Positions 14,083 to 20,917 of a stretch of 34,702 nucleotides of DNA are shown one piece after another. The notes below the pieces were generated by a model. It saw nothing but the letters and a program-made list of their open reading frames with translations, was not told the DNA's origin and ran no database searches. How positions within the stretch are numbered: the stretch's first letter is position 1; the number at the start of each line of letters is the position of its first letter. The translations under genes and the position numbers were made by a program. Origin of the DNA: a virus; the IMG/VR virus record IMGVR_UViG_3300025871_000002; one strand, 5' to 3'.

Positions 14083-14596
14083 AGAGAGAATTAAAAACTA
14101 CCCCAGACATCCCAGCCAGCGGGGGGAGTTCGGCTACCAACTCTATAAGCATATGGCCGAGAACAAGGATATTTGGCTTCTTACCGGGGACTTGGGATTT
14201 GGAATGTTCGACCCCCACCGGGACGATTTCCCCGATCGGTTTGTCAACTGCGGGGCGGCCGAGCAAGCGATGATGGGGATTGCCGTCGGCCTGGCCCTGG
14301 AGGGCAAGATTCCCTTTGTTTTTTCCATTACCAACTTTGTCCTTTACCGGCCTTATGAGGTAATAAGGAACTACATTAACGAGGAGCGGATTCCGGTCAA
14401 GATTGTCGCTTCCGGTCGGGGTAAAGACTACGAAGATGACGGCTTTACTCACATGTCGACTGACGCAAAGTTGGTTTTACAAGCCTTTCCCAACATCCAC
14501 CAGTATTGGCCAAAGGATAATCAGGAAGTGGGGCGGAATTTGAGGGAGATGATTCTGAATGGCGATCCCAGTTTTATTAGTTTAACCAGAAAATGA
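14072..14596 (+). CDS. Transketolase-like ThDP enzyme, pyrimidine-binding subunit (truncated, 174 aa)
   Basis: FPDRFVNCGAAEQAMMGIAVGLALEGKIPFVFSITNFVLYRPYEVIRN matches the f.n.GIAEQ.mvg.A.GlA..G..Pf motif, including the cofactor-activating Glu. It is too short to contain the usual C-terminal domain. Confidence 0.8.
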   Translation: MDIKERIKNYPRHPSQRGEFGYQLYKHMAENKDIWLLTGDLGFGMFDPHRDDFPDRFVNCGAAEQAMMGIAVGLALEGKIPFVFSITNFVLYRPYEVIRNYINEERIPVKIVASGRGKDYEDDGFTHMSTDAKLVLQAFPNIHQYWPKDNQEVGRNLREMILNGDPSFISLTRK

Positions 14597-15441
14597 AAGA
14601 GATAATCGCCGGAGCCGGGGGATTCCTCGGTTCTAATTTAAGAAGGCATTTTGGAAACAAGGGCAAAGAAGTGGTTGTCCTTCCGTCCGAGATGTTACTA
14701 GACATCGGCGGGATGCACGAACTTCTAAAGGTCAATGAACCCTACCGCTTTTATTACCTGGCCGCCTACGGCAACCTCCGGGGGCAAAACGACATCCAGG
14801 AGATTTATCGGGCAATCATTAACAAACTTCTTAATGTCCTACAAGCCACCGAGGGGACGGATTGCCGGTCTTTTATCACCGCCGGTTCAACTTCGGAATA
14901 CGGCAATAAAGATGTTCCCATGACCGAGGACATGATTTTGGAACCGGACGGCTTTTACGGAGCCGCCAAGGCGGGGGCGACCCAACTGGCTCTGGTCTGG
15001 GCGAAAAAGACCGATACGCCGACGATTGTTTTCAGACCCAGTTCCATGACCGGCGTCGGGGAACAGCCAATCCACCTGATTCCGACACTTATCAGGAGTT
15101 GTCTTTTAAAAGAACCAATCCCGTTCGTCGCCGAGGCCTACCACGACTATATTAACGTTTTAGACGTCTGCTCGGCTCTGGAGATATTGGCCGACAAAGC
15201 CAAAGAGGTTTCCGGGCAAGTCTTTAACGTCGGCATCGGCTCGCAAGTCAGCAATGAGGAGATTAAAAATATGCTGGAGAGCATTACCGGCCAAAAGGCG
15301 GTTATCAACAAAGCAGTCCGTTACAAGGCCGAATACGCCAGCGAGGTCTGGATTGCCGATTCAACCAAGATGAGGAATTTAGGCTGGAAACCGAACTGGA
15401 CGATTATGCAGACATTAAAAGAAATGGTAAGGTCGGCATGA
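14593..15441 (+). CDS. NAD(P)-dependent sugar epimerase/dehydratase (extended SDR)
   Basis: GAGGFLGS Rossmann motif, STSEYG, and catalytic YGAAK (YxxxK). Confidence 0.85.
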   Translation: MKEIIAGAGGFLGSNLRRHFGNKGKEVVVLPSEMLLDIGGMHELLKVNEPYRFYYLAAYGNLRGQNDIQEIYRAIINKLLNVLQATEGTDCRSFITAGSTSEYGNKDVPMTEDMILEPDGFYGAAKAGATQLALVWAKKTDTPTIVFRPSSMTGVGEQPIHLIPTLIRSCLLKEPIPFVAEAYHDYINVLDVCSALEILADKAKEVSGQVFNVGIGSQVSNEEIKNMLESITGQKAVINKAVRYKAEYASEVWIADSTKMRNLGWKPNWTIMQTLKEMVRSA

Positions 15442-16142
15442 GGGAGGTTTGTTTTTTTACAACTTATGACGAACGGGCGAAGGAAATGGGGCAGGGAATG
15501 GCCAACAGCGTTAAAAAGTTCTACCCCGATATTCCGATGGAGGTTACGGTGATTGGAACAAAGGACAAAGGGGGACATTTTGACTTGATGAACTTTTGTT
15601 ACAGTTATTTAAAAAAGGGATTGGAACTCTTAGACCAATACCAAAGGATAATTCATATTGATCCCGATTCGGTCATGTGTAACCTTTGCCCCGATTTATT
15701 TGGTGATTACGAATTGGGAGTAGTCAAAAATAACGTTCCTTGTGGTCCGGAATACGGCGGGATGGCGAAAGATGTTTACGTCAACGCCGGGTTGACAGTC
15801 TGCACCAGCAAAGAGGTTTGGCGGGATCGTATCAATGAGTTTAGCAAACGGAACAATACCCGCTGGGAAACCCTGAACGAGCAGAACGCGCTTAATTATA
15901 TTTACCACACCACCAGCCACAAAACCAAACTTCTGGAGTTTGACGACCGGACCTACGGGATTTCCAGCCTGGACTTTTACAAAGATATGTTTTTGAGAGA
16001 TAATGAGCTTTATCTACCCAACAACAAAAAGGTTTGTGTTTTCCACGCCGCCGGCGTTTACTGGAAAACCAACAACAAGATTAACTTTGATTTTATTGAA
16101 AACGAAGAAGCCAGAGAAAGGATTATCAGTTATACCTTATGA
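15438..16142 (+). CDS. Putative GT-A fold (GT8-like) glycosyltransferase
   Basis: RIIHIDPDSVM is a DxD motif. It shares layout with 16792..17565 (VCFFTTYDER versus VVFFTIVDDR; VFHAAG versus CYHHAKG). Confidence 0.55.
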   Translation: MREVCFFTTYDERAKEMGQGMANSVKKFYPDIPMEVTVIGTKDKGGHFDLMNFCYSYLKKGLELLDQYQRIIHIDPDSVMCNLCPDLFGDYELGVVKNNVPCGPEYGGMAKDVYVNAGLTVCTSKEVWRDRINEFSKRNNTRWETLNEQNALNYIYHTTSHKTKLLEFDDRTYGISSLDFYKDMFLRDNELYLPNNKKVCVFHAAGVYWKTNNKINFDFIENEEARERIISYTL

Positions 16143-16160
16143 AACAAGATAGGAGGACAA

Positions 16161-16802
16161 ATGCTTAAAGCGCTTTATTATCCCGATATGCCATTTGATA
16201 CCCTGTTCATACCATACATCTACAAGGAGATTTACCTTGAGGGGGTTTACATTGACATTATGAACAGCCTGAAAAACACGGAGAACAATGTCATTGTCGA
16301 CATCGGGGCAAATATCGGCTGCACGGTCCAGTATTTCCGCGATTACGCTAAGGTCTATGCGGTTGAACCGGCAAAGGAACACTTTGAAGCCTTAAAGAAA
16401 AACAAGGATTTCAATAAATGGGACAATGTTGAGGTCTTTAATTTTGCCATTGCCGGCAAAGACGGCGAGATGACCCTCCATACCCACGACGGCAACCGGA
16501 CCTGCCATTCGCTGACCAACGATTATAAACAAGGCGGATATACGGTCAAAACCAAAACCCTGGAGACGTTTTTCAAGGAAAACAATATCAAGAAGGTGGA
16601 CTTTATGAAGTTTGACGTCGAGGGGGCGGAGGAGAGTATCTTATGCGCTCCGGAATTCAGCAATGTTACCCATATTATCAAGAAGATGATGGTGGAGTTC
16701 CACTATCCCAACTTTATGGACATTGTTAATCATTTAATCGGCTTAGGGTACAAAGCAAAAAGGTATCCGTCAAGCGCGGTAATCTTTTTATTTGAACAAT
16801 GA
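16161..16802 (+). CDS. FkbM-family SAM-dependent methyltransferase
   Basis: VIVDIGANIGCTVQYF (SAM motif I) and DFMKFDVEGAEESIL (the FkbM signature lKiDvEGaE). Confidence 0.8.
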   Translation: MLKALYYPDMPFDTLFIPYIYKEIYLEGVYIDIMNSLKNTENNVIVDIGANIGCTVQYFRDYAKVYAVEPAKEHFEALKKNKDFNKWDNVEVFNFAIAGKDGEMTLHTHDGNRTCHSLTNDYKQGGYTVKTKTLETFFKENNIKKVDFMKFDVEGAEESILCAPEFSNVTHIIKKMMVEFHYPNFMDIVNHLIGLGYKAKRYPSSAVIFLFEQ

Positions 16803-17565
16803 ATATAACGATAAAGATATGAGCGAATCTGTTGTCTTTTTTACGATTGTCGATGACCGCTACTATTATCCGGTGGGAACACCGAAACTGATTTCGTCTT
16901 TTAAGAAGTTCCACCGCGAGATTGAGCTGGTTGTTTTCAGGCAGGATTTGATTGACCGGGTGTTCAAAGAAAAAGGGGTCAACTTTTACACCGCCAAGCC
17001 GACATTCGCCAAGCTACTGGCTCCCCATTATGACCTGGTGGTCAACATTGACGCCGACAGCGTTATCCTGGGGCGGTTGGAGGCGGTTTTAGCACAAGAC
17101 TACGAGGTCGGGGCGGCCTGGAACTTCAACGATTACGAGAATATGAGCGTGGAGAATGTCAGCGAGGAGATGTTTGTCCAGGCGGGGCTGGTGGCCTCCC
17201 GCAACAAGCTCTTTTGGGACATCTGGGAGCATGAAAATCTGAAGGCAATGAAATACCCGGCCAGGGAGAATAGCACCCTGAACCTTATCTGGTACAACGA
17301 CCCCGATGTTTCCAAGATGAAACGCAAGATATTCGACAAGGACAAGGACTACTACGGTTGTAAGAGCCTAAATCGGGAAAAAGAGTTCTACCTGGGAAAC
17401 GGCCGGGTGATGTGCCGAGGAGAACAGGTTTTGTGCTACCACCACGCCAAAGGGGGCCATTTGCCTAAGCTGGTTTACGAGACGATGGGTTTTCCTAACG
17501 AGGTAGTTGATTTTATGAATTTTGTTAGCAGTTATGGAACAAGCGAACGCTACGCCGCAATTTAG
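16792..17565 (+). CDS. Putative GT-A fold (GT8-like) glycosyltransferase, paralog of 15438..16142
   Basis: LVVNIDADSVILG is a DxD motif. See the paralog comparison under 15438..16142. Confidence 0.5.
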   Translation: MNNEYNDKDMSESVVFFTIVDDRYYYPVGTPKLISSFKKFHREIELVVFRQDLIDRVFKEKGVNFYTAKPTFAKLLAPHYDLVVNIDADSVILGRLEAVLAQDYEVGAAWNFNDYENMSVENVSEEMFVQAGLVASRNKLFWDIWEHENLKAMKYPARENSTLNLIWYNDPDVSKMKRKIFDKDKDYYGCKSLNREKEFYLGNGRVMCRGEQVLCYHHAKGGHLPKLVYETMGFPNEVVDFMNFVSSYGTSERYAAI

Positions 17566-18336
17566 ATGAGAGACTATTATTCTGTGATGATGCCGCCTTA
17601 CGAACCCACCAGTGGGGGGATTAAGGTGATGTGGGGACTCTACGGTGCCTTGTTGGCTAAAGGCCAGATTACTTACGCCAACGCCACCTCGGAAAACAAG
17701 AACTTCACCGCTATCTACCCGGAGATTTATCCGAATACCAACCCTGCCGGGGCGAAAACAGTTGTCAGGTATATTTTAAGGGAGCCGGGGACGATGGCTT
17801 TGTATGGAGTTCCTGGTCCAACAGCCTTTGACCCTAAAGACAAGATTTACGTTTTTAGCCGTCTTTACGATACTTTCGGGGTAGACGACGACCACATTCT
17901 TTTTTTACCGGTAATTGACACAAACTTGTTTTACGACAAAGGGCGGAAGAGAACCAAGACTTGTTTTTATGTCGGCCACGGGCAGGAAACCGAACACCCG
18001 GACGACTGGCTGGAATTGAGCCGGGAGATTATCAGCAACCAATCACTTTTAGCAGACACGCTTAACGAGTGCGAAGTAATGCACTCTTTTGATCCGGTTT
18101 CGGCGATGATGGAAGTCGCCAGGCTTTGCGGTTGCCGGGTGGTGATTTCCCCCTCGCTTTACACCAGGGAGCAGTTTGCCAAATATGAACCGGGGATGAA
18201 CGGTATCAGTTGGGGGCCGGGGGAGTCGGTGCCTTTGGACAGCCGGGAGTTCCGCCGCCACTATTTGGGACTGCGCCAGCAGTTCTGGGACAAGTTAGAT
18301 TTGTTTATTAAGGAGACAAAAAATGAAACAGATTAA
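17566..18336 (+). CDS. Hypothetical protein of the sugar cassette, possibly a GT-B-like glycosyltransferase
   Basis: PTSGGIKVMWGLYGALLAKG resembles the N-terminal GG...L...G motif of GT-B enzymes. Assigned mainly from cassette context, so this is weak. Confidence 0.4.
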   Translation: MRDYYSVMMPPYEPTSGGIKVMWGLYGALLAKGQITYANATSENKNFTAIYPEIYPNTNPAGAKTVVRYILREPGTMALYGVPGPTAFDPKDKIYVFSRLYDTFGVDDDHILFLPVIDTNLFYDKGRKRTKTCFYVGHGQETEHPDDWLELSREIISNQSLLADTLNECEVMHSFDPVSAMMEVARLCGCRVVISPSLYTREQFAKYEPGMNGISWGPGESVPLDSREFRRHYLGLRQQFWDKLDLFIKETKNETD

Positions 18337-19414
18337 AGTTTTCGCTTTCCCCAGCCACTCAGCCAAAGGCCACTCCAGCGGGGTTGACTACGCCCGGGTA
18401 AACCAGCCGATGAAGTTTTTAAACGGCTACAAAGATAAGGACACCGAGTTTAAAGTCGACCTCTGGTGCGGCGACCCGATTAGTTTGCAAGCCTGGTCCT
18501 CTTTAGTTAAAAAATACGACCTGGTTTACTTTAATTACACGGTCAACGACTGGGCGTTTGCGGCGATGGGGTCGATGGTCAGAAAAGAGGGAAAGAAAAT
18601 GATAATGGATTTGGACGACGCCCTGTGGCTGATGAATAGCGACAACGTCGTCTATGAAACCTACAAAAAGGGTTCTAAGGGCTTGAATATAGTGACGGAC
18701 ATCATCAATGAGGTTGACGCCGTCACCTGCACCAATAGTTATTTGAGGAACGTTATCGCTAATTATACCCACAAGCGCCACGACCAAATCGGGATAATGC
18801 CCAATTACATTGACCTGGAACTTTACAATTCAATCCCCAAGCCGAGGGAGTCACCCTTTATCAACATCGTTCACTACGGCAGCAGCACCCACTTCCGCGA
18901 CCTAAAGTCTTTCGGCTTTGTCGGGGGGGTGGACAGGATAATGGCCGACTACCCCAACGCCAGGTTTATCACCATCGGTTCTTTCTTTTCCGACTTTAAA
19001 ATGAAATGGGGCGAACGGTACGAGGAGGAGTTTGGCCATCTTGAATTTATTAAATGGGCGAAAGAGAGATTTCCGGAGACAATGGAGAAAACCGATATTT
19101 TTGTAGCCCCCCTGGAGGAGAATAATTATAACAAGGCCAAATCGGACATTAAAAGGCTGGAGGTGGCCACCGCCAAAAAACCGTTTATCGGCCAGGACAT
19201 CAGGCAATATCGGGAATCAATTACCGACGGGGTTGACGGGATGTTGGCCGGGAACGCGGACGACTGGTATTTGAAGATAAAAACGCTGATTGACGATCCG
19301 GAATTAAGGAAAAAAATAGGGGAGGAGGGTTACAAGCGGATGGCCAGGGACAAGCAGATGAAAGACCATATCCAGGAATACGCCGACTTTTTCAAAAAGG
19401 TCTTGACAAAATAA
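18323..19414 (+). CDS. Family 1/4-type (GT-B) glycosyltransferase
   Basis: C-terminal region FVAPLEENNYNKAKSDIKRLEVATAKKPFIG...ITDGVDGMLAGNADDWYLKIKTLIDDPELRKKIGEEGYKR matches the 'glycosyl transferases group 1' pattern. Confidence 0.8.
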   Translation: MKQIKVFAFPSHSAKGHSSGVDYARVNQPMKFLNGYKDKDTEFKVDLWCGDPISLQAWSSLVKKYDLVYFNYTVNDWAFAAMGSMVRKEGKKMIMDLDDALWLMNSDNVVYETYKKGSKGLNIVTDIINEVDAVTCTNSYLRNVIANYTHKRHDQIGIMPNYIDLELYNSIPKPRESPFINIVHYGSSTHFRDLKSFGFVGGVDRIMADYPNARFITIGSFFSDFKMKWGERYEEEFGHLEFIKWAKERFPETMEKTDIFVAPLEENNYNKAKSDIKRLEVATAKKPFIGQDIRQYRESITDGVDGMLAGNADDWYLKIKTLIDDPELRKKIGEEGYKRMARDKQMKDHIQEYADFFKKVLTK

Positions 19415-19467
19415 ATATAATTTGGTATTCTTTTCTTGTCAGTAATTCGTCCATGGCGACGAAATAT

Positions 19468-19504
19468 GACCCTAAACCCGAAAGGGAAGGGTCTTTTTTG
19501 TTTT
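19468..19504 (+). terminator. Rho-independent terminator closing the sugar cassette
   Basis: gaccct aaa ccc gaaa ggg a agggtc, followed by ttttttgtttt. Confidence 0.75.
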
Positions 19505-19517
19505 AAGGAGGTAAAAT

Positions 19518-19667
19518 ATGAGCCCTTTCGTTTCGGAAGCACAAAGGCGGTATCTTTGGGCGAAACACCCGGAACTTGCCAAAAAGTGGACCGCCGAATA
19601 CGGATCAAAAATAGTTCCCAAGAAAAAAGTTATTAAAAAGAAAAAGTTTAAAAAGACAAGGAGGTAA
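19518..19667 (+). CDS. Small basic protein (49 aa, below the track cutoff)
   Basis: Perfect SD aaggaggt lies 6-7 nt before ATG 19518. Translation: MSPFVSEAQRRYLWAKHPELAKKWTAEYGSKIVPKKKVIKKKKFKKTRR. Its stop lies within the SD of the next gene. Confidence 0.55.
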   Translation: MSPFVSEAQRRYLWAKHPELAKKWTAEYGSKIVPKKKVIKKKKFKKTRR

Positions 19668-19669
19668 AT

Positions 19670-20914
19670 ATGGCAAACCCTACACCAGTTCCGACACCAA
19701 CTTATACACCATCTTATGCGTCAAGTATTCCAAGAGGCGATGTTTTAGGCGCCCAACAAGTTGCCGATTGGAATACCCAATGGAACCAAATTTGGAACCA
19801 GGCCTGGAATGCTGGATACAATCGTTCTTCTATGCCCTCGGTTGACCCGTCTTTCCAAAGCGCGGTTAATCAGGGGTATTCAGCCGGTTTGTCGGCGGCT
19901 CCAGCCATAAAAGACACAGGAGGGGCGAAGCAAACTACATCTTACAATCTGTCATCTCAACCCTCTCAGTCTTACAACCCGTCAAATCAACCTTCTGGCC
20001 CATCGGCCGAAGACTTAGCTAGGCAACAAGCGGAAGCGGCCTTGAACCAAGGTTATAACGACTATTTTGCCCAGCTTGACAAACTTCTTAACGAAGGCCT
20101 ACCGGGACAAAAAAGCGCCCAAGAGCAAATCGCCCAGGAGCAGTACCAACAAGGCTTAAATACTTTAGGACTACAGCAAACCCAGGGATTGCAAACTTTG
20201 GGGACACAAAGAACCGAGGCACAGCAAAACCAGCAAAAAACCCTAAAAGACCTCGGCGCTAACCTAAGGAACGCTTTTATGGCAGGGAACATCTTTCTTG
20301 GCGCCAGGGGAGCAGGCGATAGTTCGGCGGCAAACCAATACGCCTATGCCCTAACCAAACTGGCTAACCAGCAAAGAGGCGACATAATGACCAAAACCCA
20401 GAACATTATGCGAGACATCCAGAACAAAGAGGACAACCTTAAAAACATTTACGATACCGAGGTTAGAAATCTGGAGTCGCAAAAGAACGCCAAAATGGCG
20501 GAGATTGCCAAGTGGTTCTATGACGCCCAGAATACCATAAGTTTGCAAAAAGGCGCGGCTCAAAAGGAAAGATCGCAGCAATTATTGAATATAGCGGTGA
20601 GCAACCTGCAAATGATTCAGCAGGAGGCGGCCAACCAAAGATCGCTTCTTGAACAATGGGTGGCAAACAAGGCGACTGACCTTCAGGGATTGTTAAGAAA
20701 TATGGCGGCGGTAACTTCGGGAACTTACAATTACCCGACGACAAACCCACTTACCGGTCCTATGACTGTCAATCCCGAAGGCGGGGTTAATATTCCGAAA
20801 TATGTGCCGTCAACGTCAACAGAGGAGAAAAAGTCGATCTTTAACCAGCCATATAGTTACATTTCAGGGGCAGCTAATCCAACCAATTATTGGACAACAT
20901 TATTAGGGAGGTAA
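19670..20914 (+). CDS. Virion structural or internal protein (414 aa) with a Pro/Thr/Ser/Asn/Gln-rich N-terminus and a Gln-rich coiled coil
   Basis: Starts MANPTPVPTPTYTPSYASS..., with SYNLSSQPSQSYNPSNQPSGPS, then long Q-rich heptad-like segments. First gene of the tail module. Confidence 0.55.
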   Translation: MANPTPVPTPTYTPSYASSIPRGDVLGAQQVADWNTQWNQIWNQAWNAGYNRSSMPSVDPSFQSAVNQGYSAGLSAAPAIKDTGGAKQTTSYNLSSQPSQSYNPSNQPSGPSAEDLARQQAEAALNQGYNDYFAQLDKLLNEGLPGQKSAQEQIAQEQYQQGLNTLGLQQTQGLQTLGTQRTEAQQNQQKTLKDLGANLRNAFMAGNIFLGARGAGDSSAANQYAYALTKLANQQRGDIMTKTQNIMRDIQNKEDNLKNIYDTEVRNLESQKNAKMAEIAKWFYDAQNTISLQKGAAQKERSQQLLNIAVSNLQMIQQEAANQRSLLEQWVANKATDLQGLLRNMAAVTSGTYNYPTTNPLTGPMTVNPEGGVNIPKYVPSTSTEEKKSIFNQPYSYISGAANPTNYWTTLLGR

Positions 20915-20917
20915 AAA

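Noticed and set aside
14021-14452. Minus-strand ORF 14021..14452 and other minus-strand or off-frame ORFs across the sugar cassette (13382..13579, 13396..13614, 14025..14273, 14143..14334, 14173..14358, 14735..14923, 14887..15075, 15321..15578, 15696..15920, 16137..16382, 16726..16914, 17133..17345, 18049..18261, 18503..18787, 18902..19207, 19330..19608)
   Set aside because: Each is antisense to, or out of frame with, an ORF that carries clear enzyme motifs (ThDP, GxxGxxG/YxxxK, FkbM, DxD, GT1).
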